Positions 47,817 to 57,380 of a stretch of DNA of 64,000 bases are shown one piece after another. The DNA comes from an archaeon (GTDB taxonomy: Archaea > EX4484-52 > WAPT01), in contig JAPDKB010000007.1 in NCBI GenBank assembly GCA_029258795.1, positions 192,001-256,000 on the forward strand. Reading direction: 5' to 3'. Under the pieces are notes generated by a model. It saw nothing but the letters and a program-made list of their open reading frames with translations. It was not told the DNA's origin and ran no database searches. A program made the translations under genes and the position numbers. Numbering within the stretch: position 1 is the stretch's first letter; each line of letters starts with the position of its first letter.

Positions 47817-50057
47817 TCACCCTAACAAGTTACCTCCTCCGTGATCGGAGCCACCTCCGCCAAAACCTCCGCCTGAAGGCGGTTTTGTTCCTCCACCACC
47901 TCCGCCTCCACATGAAACATCCAATATGGCCTGTCTGTCTCCCGCATACAACCTAGAGCACCTTTCTCTGACCGTGGCTTCATCGATAAAGTTTGGATCG
48001 GTTGAAATGGCAACGATGGTATTGGCACCTTTTATTGCGTATATCCCAACACTTTCTCCGTTGCGGGACGCGTTGACCATGAAATCAAGGAAGTATTTTT
48101 CGGGTTCGGAAGGAGTCTTGTTCAATTCCTCCGCTTCCGCTCCTCCTTCCTCATCCACACTCAAGTCCACAACCACACCATAACTTCCCGTCTCATTGGC
48201 CTTTCCTCCCGGCAGCCAGTTTGCCAAGCTGCAGATGTACTGCTTGATCTTGCCCGGAATTTCCGCCAGCCTGAGTTTGCCAGCCTTAACATCAGCTTTC
48301 AGCGTTGTGCTCTGCTCAAGACACTCAGTCACATTCCCGCTTTTGACTTCTTTCCACACTATATCAGATATGCTGATCTCTTTCAGCGCTGTGAGGTTGG
48401 TCTGCTGGCCAGCTTCACCATTTCTCATCAGCAGCGCAGTCCAATCGTCTAGATAGAGCCTCTTTTTGCTTTTACCTGAGTCCACCAGCTTCGTGGCAGC
48501 ATCCTCCTCACTCTTTCCATAATTCAGCACAAAAATCTTCGCTTCGGCTTCCTTTCCATCCCCCTTTTTGAGCTTGACCTTCCCTTCGGCAATGGAGTAG
48601 TACGGAAGCTTGCTCTCGTTTACTCTCGCCATGTTCTTGGCTTCAAGCACAATCTTATAAAGATCCTGAAGAGACATTGCTGTTGTTTCTATTTTCTCTT
48701 TGGTTGTGGTGTTGTGCATAACAACATCAACAGGATATATGTCACTTGTAGGCACGAGATAGGTGTCATTGCCAAGGGATATTGCATTCTTGCTTTTCTC
48801 AAGCTTCTCCTTGACTTTCTCAGCAGCAAACTTTTCAATCGAGCTCTCATTGCCTGCCACCACAGCAACATTACCATTAACTTCTGCTCCGAACATGCTG
48901 TTTATTTTAACTGATTTGTACACCGTAGAACCATCCTTTTCCAAGCTAAAGTTCAGTGCAACAACTTTCACTTCTTCAGGAGTGAAGAGAGCCACACCCT
49001 CCTTTTCCTTTCCGTCCACAACCGCTGAGACTTTCAGCCAGTAACTTTCACCCGGCTTGAGTTTCTCTGTTATTTCTTTGTATATCTCATCTACACTCTT
49101 CGTCCCATTTTTTGGGAACTCCTCTCCTACAATAGCATTCACAATATCCAATGGAACCGAGAAAATGGTCTTGTTCTCCTGAACATCAAGCTCCTCTTTT
49201 GGCACAGTTGTCTCGTAAATAACATTCTTTCCGTCGGTTATGGATATCTTCACTTCTTTAGCCATGCCCAGAATCTCGCTCGTGATGTTAACTTCCTGCT
49301 TGAGAGGATTATACGCCACAGAGACCTCCACATCCTCATGCCCAACCTTATACTTTTCCTTTATAACTTCATAGGTGCCAACAACTTTCTCGCCCACATG
49401 CCCAGCTTCATCCTCAGCACAAACCACAAGCTTGTAATGATCCACACCCATCTTCTCGAGCTTTTCAACCACATTCTTCAGATTTGCATGCCCAATCTCG
49501 TGTGATGAATCATACGCCCCGTCCATCGGCTCAAGCGGGATTTTTTCAATCAGATTGCCATTAGCATCGTAAACTTCCACCCTCATATTAACTATCCTAT
49601 CCGCAAAAAAGTCAGCATCATCCTCTGCTTTCACAACAAGATCTCCACTTTCCTTGCCATACACTGCCTGCTTGATGACGGGCGGTTTCTGCTTATCTTC
49701 GTTGTATTTCTCCCATGTTAGATACCCTCCCACACCGAGCAACAGGGTAGCAAGAGCGGCAGCCACGCCCCTTTTTCCACCACCATCCAGCGGCTTCGGT
49801 TTGCCACCTATCGAGTCGGGTATTATCCCGCCCGGGCGTTTGTCCGGGTTTGCCAGATCAGCTATGTCTTTACCGGGTCCACCGTAGAATCTTTTGAGAA
49901 AAGGCCCGAGCCATGAAGGTAATTTTTCAAGAGCATTTTCCAGATCGCCAAACGCTTTCACCACTTCGTTAACAATGGCTCTGTTCTCCAACTCTCTGGG
50001 ATCAAGAACCTGATCAGGAGAGTAAACTCCCCTCCAGTTCACCCTGTACTCGCTCAT
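47817..50057 (-). CDS. Membrane-anchored hypothetical protein (746 aa) with Gly-rich C-terminus
   Basis: Single TM (GVAAALATLLLGVGGYLTW) after ~95 aa; ends 3 nt before the surface-protein start. Confidence 0.7.
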   Translation of the reverse strand: MSEYRVNWRGVYSPDQVLDPRELENRAIVNEVVKAFGDLENALEKLPSWLGPFLKRFYGGPGKDIADLANPDKRPGGIIPDSIGGKPKPLDGGGKRGVAAALATLLLGVGGYLTWEKYNEDKQKPPVIKQAVYGKESGDLVVKAEDDADFFADRIVNMRVEVYDANGNLIEKIPLEPMDGAYDSSHEIGHANLKNVVEKLEKMGVDHYKLVVCAEDEAGHVGEKVVGTYEVIKEKYKVGHEDVEVSVAYNPLKQEVNITSEILGMAKEVKISITDGKNVIYETTVPKEELDVQENKTIFSVPLDIVNAIVGEEFPKNGTKSVDEIYKEITEKLKPGESYWLKVSAVVDGKEKEGVALFTPEEVKVVALNFSLEKDGSTVYKSVKINSMFGAEVNGNVAVVAGNESSIEKFAAEKVKEKLEKSKNAISLGNDTYLVPTSDIYPVDVVMHNTTTKEKIETTAMSLQDLYKIVLEAKNMARVNESKLPYYSIAEGKVKLKKGDGKEAEAKIFVLNYGKSEEDAATKLVDSGKSKKRLYLDDWTALLMRNGEAGQQTNLTALKEISISDIVWKEVKSGNVTECLEQSTTLKADVKAGKLRLAEIPGKIKQYICSLANWLPGGKANETGSYGVVVDLSVDEEGGAEAEELNKTPSEPEKYFLDFMVNASRNGESVGIYAIKGANTIVAISTDPNFIDEATVRERCSRLYAGDRQAILDVSCGGGGGGGTKPPSGGGFGGGGSDHGGGNLLG

Positions 50058-50206
50058 CCACTACACCCTCGACGATTATCCACAATAATTTAATGCAAAG
50101 ATTTAAATTACTATCTCATGGTAGTAATCAAAACCAATAATCAGAAAAAGATTCGACAAAAGACGACAGAAAACTTTTTAAATTTTTGTTCAGGATGTTT
50201 AAAAAT

Positions 50207-50223
50207 CGCGAAAGATTTATAAA
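50207..50223 (+). promoter_or_regulatory. BRE + TATA box upstream of tfb
   Basis: CGCGAAAGA-TTTATAAA about 20 nt before GTG 50244. Confidence 0.6.
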
Positions 50224-50243
50224 CTTTTTCCCGGGTGGTGCTC

Positions 50244-51260
50244 GTGGTCGAAAAACTCAAGTGTCCCGAATGTGGCGGGGAGGAGTTCATAGAGGATGAG
50301 AGCAGAGGAGAACTTGTTTGTAAGAAGTGCGGATACGTGCTGGAAGATGAGTACATAGACACCAGCCCCGAATGGAGGGCTTTTGATTCTGAGCAGCAGG
50401 CCTCAAGGACCAGAACCGGAGCCCCCATAACATTCACCAAGCATGATAAGGGTATAAGCACCGAAATTGGTATAAGCTCTGCTGAACTTTACAAGGTGCC
50501 TGCAAGAAAGAGAGCGCAATACTACAGAATGATTAAATGGAATAAGAGGCTCACAAAATCTAAGGACAGAAACCTCTCTTACTCTCTTTCGGAGCTCGCG
50601 AGGCAGATAAGCTATCTCGGATTGCCAAAATCCGTGCATGAGGAGGTGGCAAGACTTTACGAGAAAGCTGTTGATATGGGATTGGTGAGAGGCAGAAGCA
50701 TGGAGAGCATAATTACAGCTCTCATCTATGCTGTTGCCAGAGAGAAGGGCACACCAAGAACTCTTTCTGAGCTGAGTGCTGCTTCAGGTATAGAGAAGAG
50801 AGAGATAGGCAGGGCTTACAGATACATAGCCAGAGAGCTCGGCATAAAGATACTGCCTGCCAAGCCGGAAGATTACATACCCAGATTCGCTTCACTCCTT
50901 GGTTTGAGCGGAAGGGTGCAGGCAAAAGCAAGGGAGATTCTGGAAAAAGCTCTGGATGAGGATATAGTTTCCGGAAAGGGTCCAACTGGTATAGCTGCCG
51001 CAGCTCTATACATAGCAGCTGTGCTTGAAGGCGAGAAGAGAACTCAGCGCGACATAGCTGACATAGTTGGCGTTACAGAGGTGACCATAAGAAACAGGTA
51101 CAAGGATCTGGTGGAGAAGCTGGGCATAGAGGAGGAAGTGGAAAGAAAAGCTCAGGAAGGTGTGAAGCCAAAGGAGGAAGAAGAGGCGGCAGAGGAAAAA
51201 GAGAGTGAAGAGAAAAATGAAAAAACGGAAGGAGAAAAGAAGAAGATCGTGCTGGAGTAA
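50244..51260 (+). CDS. tfb: Transcription initiation factor IIB
   Basis: CPECG zinc ribbon, DTSPEWRAF B-reader, RGRS, GKGPTGIAAAALY, VTEVTIRNRYK; start GTG 50235-50244. Confidence 0.97.
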   Translation: MVEKLKCPECGGEEFIEDESRGELVCKKCGYVLEDEYIDTSPEWRAFDSEQQASRTRTGAPITFTKHDKGISTEIGISSAELYKVPARKRAQYYRMIKWNKRLTKSKDRNLSYSLSELARQISYLGLPKSVHEEVARLYEKAVDMGLVRGRSMESIITALIYAVAREKGTPRTLSELSAASGIEKREIGRAYRYIARELGIKILPAKPEDYIPRFASLLGLSGRVQAKAREILEKALDEDIVSGKGPTGIAAAALYIAAVLEGEKRTQRDIADIVGVTEVTIRNRYKDLVEKLGIEEEVERKAQEGVKPKEEEEAAEEKESEEKNEKTEGEKKKIVLE

Positions 51261-51294
51261 AAATCTACCCTCTTTTCCCTTTTTATTTCCTTCT

Positions 51295-52464
51295 TCAAAG
51301 CACCTCGATGTTTCTCATCAGCTCCGCTATCTCATCGATTCTCGCGTCAGTTTTGATGGCTGTTGCATTCAGATGGGTTCTCGATGCCCGATATCCGTGT
51401 GCCTTTAACTCTTCAATAACGCGTTCAAGTGGGGGAACGTGCTTGATCTTCCACTTCTTGCAGATGAAGTGTGTATCGTAAACCAGCCCACCTCTCACCT
51501 TCGATTCCTCAGCCATCACGCTCAGGAGTTTTATACTCTTCTCATTTATCCAATCCTCCTCTTTTTCCGCAATTTTCAGCATATCATTGCATAGTTTATC
51601 ATCGATAAGCTCTCCCGTCCACAAGGGTCCGAGTGTTTTTATTTTCTCATTCTTGCAGACTTCACAAATGTCATGCTTTTCATCCACAATCTCTCGATGT
51701 CCGCATTTCTCGCAGTAAGCAATGTATCCGATATGATTTAAGAGGAGGTCGTCCACAATCTTCAGTTTCCTTTCAACCTCCCCCTGTACCCTAAAGAAAT
51801 GCTCCATACCAAAGCAGAGGACAGGTTTGAAAGCTTTTTCGTGCTTTGCAAAGCTTCTTATGATAAATCCCGACAGTATTCTAAGACCTGCTTCATACAT
51901 ACCATCGTACCTGTAAGATTTTGCAAGATATTTCCTATAACATGCAATAGGATACGTGCCGCAGAGCGGAGCGGTGTCTGTGGCGGTAACACCAAGCATG
52001 GAAATCTTGGTGAGGGATTCTGCGCTGCAGTCGATGTATTTGGAAGGAGAGCCGAACGGATCTATGTCCACAAGAGCACAAGCATTGCGCAGCTTTATCA
52101 TTGCCACCCTCGCGTCTTCCCGCATCAGCTCAACCTTGCTTTTGTCAATTCCGTTGAGCTTGAGGTTGTGCTTTATCCATTCCAGAGCTTTGGGATTCAG
52201 GTCGTTGAAAACCACTTTGGATACATGATCCTCACACTCAAGGAGATAGCGTATCCCCCTTATGCCTGATGCGGCAAAGGCATCCAGCACAACAGCGTTC
52301 TTCATGTTGTGCCTTTCAAAAAAGCTCAGAGCCGATAAAACGCTCAAATCCCTGCACACGAGCATGCGCGGATTGTAGAACACCTCATCGCTTTTGCTCA
52401 CCTTCCCTGCTGGCACTTCCAGTTTGACAAGGCCTTCCCGCACCTCCACAACCTCCCCTTTCAT
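51295..52464 (-). CDS. trm1: tRNA (guanine26-N2)-dimethyltransferase
   Basis: VFYNPRM..CRDLSV, DAFAASGIRGIRY, NDLNP, DIDPFGSP, TATDTAPLCG, GPLWTG, RTH....IKTDA; start ATG 52464. Confidence 0.95.
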   Translation of the reverse strand: MKGEVVEVREGLVKLEVPAGKVSKSDEVFYNPRMLVCRDLSVLSALSFFERHNMKNAVVLDAFAASGIRGIRYLLECEDHVSKVVFNDLNPKALEWIKHNLKLNGIDKSKVELMREDARVAMIKLRNACALVDIDPFGSPSKYIDCSAESLTKISMLGVTATDTAPLCGTYPIACYRKYLAKSYRYDGMYEAGLRILSGFIIRSFAKHEKAFKPVLCFGMEHFFRVQGEVERKLKIVDDLLLNHIGYIAYCEKCGHREIVDEKHDICEVCKNEKIKTLGPLWTGELIDDKLCNDMLKIAEKEEDWINEKSIKLLSVMAEESKVRGGLVYDTHFICKKWKIKHVPPLERVIEELKAHGYRASRTHLNATAIKTDARIDEIAELMRNIEVL

Positions 52465-52552
52465 GATAAGTGGTTTGTATGCCAAGCTTTTAATTTTAAA
52501 AATCAGCAAAAAACAAGATAAGTTACTGGCTGAACCGGGCCCAGGCAAACGA

Positions 52553-52615
52553 GTGATGAGCGCTAGCACTTCTGACCTGCGTGCCTGCAGGAATGATGAG
52601 CGACCTACGGGCTGA
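52553..52615 (+). ncRNA. Box C/D guide sRNA
   Basis: C GTGATGA 52553-59; 12-nt guide; D' CTGA 52572-75; hairpin CCTGC..GCAGG; C' ATGATGA 52593-99; 12-nt guide; D CTGA 52612-15; intergenic. Confidence 0.85.
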
Positions 52616-52634
52616 ACGCAGAAAGAAAATGTTA

Positions 52635-53141
52635 TCACATCCTCTCAAACTTTTTGAGGTATTCGTCCACTATTTTACACAGCTTGTTTCTGCATGCGCC
52701 ACGTATCCCCTTCAGATCCTCGGCAATCTCACGGCATATTTCTGCTTGTCTGAGGTCTCTCTCCAGCTCTACTCTTTGTCCATCCTCCAAGTATCTCAGC
52801 TTTTCTTTACAATACATGATGTGATCTTCGAGCATTCCTTTCGACTCTTCCACCCAAGGAGAAAGGAAATCCTTTCCGAGCTTGTAAGCTTCATTCCTGA
52901 AGTCGTGCGTCATATGTTTGAATCGATCCACAAGCTCTTCGTTTTTTCCCGTGTTTTTACATTCTCCACATATCTCGCTGATATTCACTCTTATTCTATC
53001 GGTAAGGTCGGAGATGTAAGGGTGTGGTTTTTGTCGGTAAATGTTGAAGGTTTTGGTTGTCGAACTAACCATACTTTTGTTTATCTTACATGAAAAATAA
53101 AAATCCTGCCTTTTCAGTTTCGTGGAGCTTTTCTTTTTCAA
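52635..53141 (-). CDS. Hypothetical helical Cys-containing protein
   Basis: 168-aa ORF; start uncertain (TTG 53141 or ATG near 53072). Confidence 0.5.
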   Translation of the reverse strand: MKKKSSTKLKRQDFYFSCKINKSMVSSTTKTFNIYRQKPHPYISDLTDRIRVNISEICGECKNTGKNEELVDRFKHMTHDFRNEAYKLGKDFLSPWVEESKGMLEDHIMYCKEKLRYLEDGQRVELERDLRQAEICREIAEDLKGIRGACRNKLCKIVDEYLKKFERM

Positions 53142-53184
53142 TGATTGATTTTTTCTAGGAGAGAAAGGCGAGTGTGTAACGTTG

Positions 53185-53365
53185 GCTGAGGGTCCGGCTC
53201 TTGCTTTGCTGTTAGCATATGCCGTGAAACAAGCTTGAGCTTGCCGAACATGCTCGTAATTAGGAAAGTTCTGGGAACCAAGAAAACAGCAGTTTACGTT
53301 ATGCTTATTGTTGTTTACTCCACAATTTGTGGTGTTTGTTTGGGAGGGTTTGAGAATAAGAAAAA
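53185..53365 (+). pseudogene. Remnant of the C-terminus of an ArsP/DUF318-type permease
   Basis: My translation: AEGPALALLLA / frameshift / SLSLPNMLVIRKVLGTKKTAVYVMLIVVYSTICG; no upstream portion. Confidence 0.7.
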
Positions 53366-54331
53366 TTATGTATAATTGTCATTTTTTTCCGAGCAATATT
53401 CAACTAATGAAGCATTTTCTACTTTTTTCAAAGTTATTTCTTTTTCTTCTATTTTTTTTGGATCTGAAGGAATCATAAATACTTTTTTTATTTTTTCCCA
53501 ATCTTTATCTCTAATTGTGACTATTTTTCCAAGGTATATACTCACATAGCAATCATTAATTTTAGTAGGTCTGGTGTGCTCTAATTTTCTTTTTGTTATT
53601 TCCACATATTTGGGGTCTATATCTATCGCTATATATTTTCTTCCCAATCTTTTCGCAGCAACCGCTGTTGTTCCGGTCCCCACAAATGGGTCAAGAACAA
53701 CATCACCTTCATCCGTCGTCATTAAAATTAATCTTTCTAATAACGGGACGGGCAATTGGCAAGGATGTTCGTCTCTTCTTTTTTTATGTCTTATTCTATG
53801 AATATCTGTCCAGACATCAGAAATTAAAGGGCCATATGGGTGCATTTGATTTTTCTTTCCCCCGTAGTCTTGTAAGACAACCCCACACTTCCTACATCTC
53901 GGATGTCTTCCGCGAATGTCATAGAATTTGAATCCTTTTGGTTGTTTTGTATACCATAAAATACCATAATGAGTAGGTAATAATGTCTTTCCTAAAGGTG
54001 CGCCCATTGCATTCCATGCTATCCAGTGCCTAAAATGAGCTATTTCATTGAGATATGATGCAAAATAAGTAAGCCATCTAGGGATATTATGAACAAATAT
54101 AGAGCCTGTCGGTTTAGTGATCCTTACCATTTCCTTTAACCATAATTTGCACCATTCTATGTATTCATCAACATCTTTTTTATCATAATAGCTATTGTAT
54201 TTTTTACCCAAATTGAATGGTGGGTCGGCGAAAGTCATATCTACCGAATTATCTGGAATTTGTCGCATTACCTCTATTGCATCCCCTTCTATTACCTTAT
54301 TAATGAACTCATCTATATTTTCAGATCCCAT
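53366..54331 (-). CDS. Site-specific DNA methyltransferase (N4-C/N6-A, beta class)
   Basis: FADPPFN (motif IV) before HPCQLP and LDPFVGTGTT (motif I). Confidence 0.93.
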   Translation of the reverse strand: MGSENIDEFINKVIEGDAIEVMRQIPDNSVDMTFADPPFNLGKKYNSYYDKKDVDEYIEWCKLWLKEMVRITKPTGSIFVHNIPRWLTYFASYLNEIAHFRHWIAWNAMGAPLGKTLLPTHYGILWYTKQPKGFKFYDIRGRHPRCRKCGVVLQDYGGKKNQMHPYGPLISDVWTDIHRIRHKKRRDEHPCQLPVPLLERLILMTTDEGDVVLDPFVGTGTTAVAAKRLGRKYIAIDIDPKYVEITKRKLEHTRPTKINDCYVSIYLGKIVTIRDKDWEKIKKVFMIPSDPKKIEEKEITLKKVENASLVEYCSEKNDNYT

Positions 54332-55968
54332 ATTTTTATCGCCCTTCCCGCGAATTCTTTTTGTCGTTCTTCTATTTCAGAAGGTGTCCAATCGTCATAC
54401 TTTGCTAGATCCCGAGTAATTACTAGTTCAGAGTTTATGTAAATTGATTTTTTATTCTTAAAAGGGCCATTACCTATATCGCTATTCATCGTTTTATCTA
54501 ATAGAGTAAGATTCCCGATTTTACGATAATATGTTTTATGTAAATTTTCATCAAAACTTGGCCAATCTCTTTGTAAATCAGTCGGATTTACTGGCAATAT
54601 ATGTTCCAAATTAGCTTTTTCTGGATTTTTAATAGGTTCGAGTTCTGCGGTAGTTCTATATGTTTGTTCCAGTTTTCTTAAATAGTACCGCGCGATGTAG
54701 GCTTTGGAAACCGTAGCTATTTCGAAAGCTGTTTTAAATTCCTCATCTGTAGGTATTAAGTGTTTTATGGAATTTAGTAATTTTTTTGCACTGTTTATCT
54801 CTCCTTCATTAATGAGTTTTGCCTGTTTTGAAAATTCTTTCTCAAGCGTACCTGATCCAATCTTACCAGTTATAAGATTTCTAACTGACCAAGACACTAT
54901 AAGTTTTAATGCTTTTTTCACTTCTTCAGGTTTATCTTTCCATATCTCAAGCAAGGCAATTAAAAGTGGTCTATTTTGGACCAGTCTCAATTCCAATAAC
55001 TCTGATATGTATTCGGAACATTCAGGCGGAAAATTATTCCAAAGAGGATGATTTGGATTTAAGATTGCAAGGTAGACTTCAGAATTCTTCTCTAAATTAC
55101 TGAGAAATGTGATAGATTGATTCTTATTTTTTATTTTTTCTTTTATATTTTTATAAAGTTCTTTTTCACGAGTTAATCCGTATTTTGAAGACCAATAATA
55201 TCGTATATAGTTCAAAATCTCTTCCTCATTTATTCCTGATTCTATAGCTCCTGTAAATCTTGTCCATTTGTCTTTAGCTTCCTCAATTCTATCTCCTGCT
55301 TTGTTAAATAAATAATTTTTTATAAGATCGGTTTGTGATAAAATCAATCCTCGGTCATTTAATGTTTCAAAAACAGTAAAAGCGTTTACATCATCAGACA
55401 CAGTAACGGTTATTATCAATAATTTATCCTTCAAAAAATCAACTAAGTCTAATAAACCATTGAGATTTTCACTTTTGTACTTATTCTCAATATGCACTTT
55501 CAAAAAATTGTAAGCATCCATAAGTCTATTATGTGAGGCTCTTAAGGGTTCTATGGACTCATTACCTATTAATGCTCTTACATAAAATTCGTTATCTACA
55601 TCATTAAGGGTTAATTTTTGCTTTATTTCTTTATCGCGGTAACTTCGCTTGAATATAAATTCTCTTTCAATTTCAGTTGCTCTATCTTCTTCACCTATTT
55701 CTTTAAGAAAATCTCTTACTGCAATAAAAAACAAACTTACTGTGGCTAATCTTTGCTGCCCGTCTACGATTTCCAAATAATCGCCTCTGTCTGTAACTAC
55801 TATTGTGCCTATGAAATATTCATCTGGATATGAATTCGTAATGTCATCAAAAAGTTCCTTAACATTCTCCACTTCCCAAGCAAACGATCTTTGGTAAAGA
55901 GGGACTTTTAAAAAGTTGTCCGACAAAAAATGCCCTATTCCATCATGCTTAAAGTCTATTTTAGACAT
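54313..55968 (-). CDS. GmrSD-family (DUF262 + DUF1524 HNH) modification-dependent nuclease
   Basis: VPLYQRSFAW, VDGQQRL, FETLNDRG, LEHILP, IGNLTLL...N. Confidence 0.9.
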   Translation of the reverse strand: MSKIDFKHDGIGHFLSDNFLKVPLYQRSFAWEVENVKELFDDITNSYPDEYFIGTIVVTDRGDYLEIVDGQQRLATVSLFFIAVRDFLKEIGEEDRATEIEREFIFKRSYRDKEIKQKLTLNDVDNEFYVRALIGNESIEPLRASHNRLMDAYNFLKVHIENKYKSENLNGLLDLVDFLKDKLLIITVTVSDDVNAFTVFETLNDRGLILSQTDLIKNYLFNKAGDRIEEAKDKWTRFTGAIESGINEEEILNYIRYYWSSKYGLTREKELYKNIKEKIKNKNQSITFLSNLEKNSEVYLAILNPNHPLWNNFPPECSEYISELLELRLVQNRPLLIALLEIWKDKPEEVKKALKLIVSWSVRNLITGKIGSGTLEKEFSKQAKLINEGEINSAKKLLNSIKHLIPTDEEFKTAFEIATVSKAYIARYYLRKLEQTYRTTAELEPIKNPEKANLEHILPVNPTDLQRDWPSFDENLHKTYYRKIGNLTLLDKTMNSDIGNGPFKNKKSIYINSELVITRDLAKYDDWTPSEIEERQKEFAGRAIKIWDLKI

Positions 55969-56938
55969 CTTCTTCTACCTCCATGATATTTCTCAACAAA
56001 GCTTTAAATTTACTGAGTTCGTCTGCTCTAAAAGTAAAAACAAAATCGTATGCCTCGACCATTCTTCTCAAGTCTCCTCTCCTTACGTACCATCCAATTC
56101 CGTCTACAAAGCCTACAAATATCGAATTTGGATAATGTTTTTTGATTGCTTCAGCCACTCTCTGTTCAGTTTTAGCTTTGTCACCCATTCCCGAGCTCGT
56201 AGTAACGACATAAGAGCACTCAATGATTACTTTTGGTGAACGTTTACTCGGGATTATGAAATCAAGCGTTCGTGGAACATTATCCAGTTCTCCTTTTTCA
56301 AACGGATAGCGTAACTCGTTCAGGATTTTCTCAATAACAACTTCAGGGTTATTTCCTTTACTTGCTGAATAAGAACCCTTAGTTTTATATCGTATTATTG
56401 TGTCTATCAAAGATTCTATAGAGAAACTAAGCTTATTTATATCCAGTTTCTTAAATTCAAAAAGTGGGATAACCCTTCTCAAAATTGGAACTGTTGAACC
56501 TTTGAAAAATAAATTGACTATGCCTTCTGCGAATTTTCTGTTGCTTCTCACATATGACTTGATTTTTTCCAATGTCCATTCTTTTTCAAAATCTTCGTTT
56601 GGCCAATATTCTTTATTAACAATCTTGTTTAATTCCTCATCATCTATAACTCGAATGAACGTTATTAAACGTAACAAACTCTCTTTTGAAAATCCTGTAA
56701 GAGTTAATAACGCATCTAGTCCATTCTCCAGATTCATGATATGCTCTACGAAAATTTCTTCTTTCAAACCTTCTTGTTCAACCCTCTTTTTGAGAATAAA
56801 GAGATTCTGTGCTAATGAGGAAATATATGCTTCATATTCCTCTTCAAATTCTACATTTTGGAAATAAAATGTATTTTTTTCTATCACTGTATTAAATTTT
56901 GTCTCATCATCCGGGAATTGTAAGTTAGTCATTCTCAC
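55961..56938 (-). CDS. DpnII-like type II restriction endonuclease
   Basis: GNNPE, LDFIIP, IIECSY..T.SSGMGDK, FVGFVDGIGW; adjacent MTase. Confidence 0.75.
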   Translation of the reverse strand: MRMTNLQFPDDETKFNTVIEKNTFYFQNVEFEEEYEAYISSLAQNLFILKKRVEQEGLKEEIFVEHIMNLENGLDALLTLTGFSKESLLRLITFIRVIDDEELNKIVNKEYWPNEDFEKEWTLEKIKSYVRSNRKFAEGIVNLFFKGSTVPILRRVIPLFEFKKLDINKLSFSIESLIDTIIRYKTKGSYSASKGNNPEVVIEKILNELRYPFEKGELDNVPRTLDFIIPSKRSPKVIIECSYVVTTSSGMGDKAKTEQRVAEAIKKHYPNSIFVGFVDGIGWYVRRGDLRRMVEAYDFVFTFRADELSKFKALLRNIMEVEEDV

Positions 56939-56984
56939 ACCTCTTTTCTAAATATCAATACGAATTCCTCATGCATTGTATTTC

Positions 56985-57239
56985 TTATTTCTTTAAAAGA
57001 TTTAATCCGTGTATTTTGCCAAATTCTTTAATTTTGTTTTCAAGTCTTATACCTCCTGTCTGTATATCGTTTGATTCGATTATTATCACCGCATGTTTTG
57101 ATAGGATTTTTGATTCATAATAAGCAAATTCTAATTCAAAAACTTCTGTTACACTAGGTAATAATTCAAACCAATTAGGAAATAACATTTCATGAATTGT
57201 TGGCAAATCTAAAGTAGATATGCGCGTTTCATTACTCAT
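56985..57239 (-). CDS. Small AT-rich hypothetical ORF at the head of the restriction island
   Basis: AAGGTGA SD upstream; no motif recognised. Confidence 0.4.
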   Translation of the reverse strand: MSNETRISTLDLPTIHEMLFPNWFELLPSVTEVFELEFAYYESKILSKHAVIIIESNDIQTGGIRLENKIKEFGKIHGLNLLKK

Positions 57240-57380
57240 CACTTTTCACCTTTTGGTTTGATCCTTCCATTAAAATAATCTATAGCAACTTATTTAATTT
57301 ATCTAATTTTCATTTGACAATTGGCAATATATGCCCCACCAAAACCCTTTTAACTTTCCCGCACTTAATTTTTCAACATC

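Larger units (their letters stand above)
53366..57310. mobile_element. AT-rich, probably horizontally acquired defence island
   Basis: Visibly lower GC than flanks, R-M content, broken permease at left edge; no integrase or att repeat found. Confidence 0.55.

Noticed and set aside
52568-52597. Slight resemblance to a 23S rRNA segment (UUCCGACCUGCA.GAAUG)
   Set aside because: Short and gapped; fully explained by the C/D box architecture.
52465-52638. N-terminal extension of Trm1 in the ORF track
   Set aside because: Spans the promoter region and the C/D sRNA; homology starts at ATG 52464.
31742-53141. ORFs 31742-32278 and 52635-53141 as one family (similar C..KIV..Y.K endings) or relatives of the 20-kb Cys paralogs
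   Set aside because: Similarity limited to a few residues; not supportable without a profile search.
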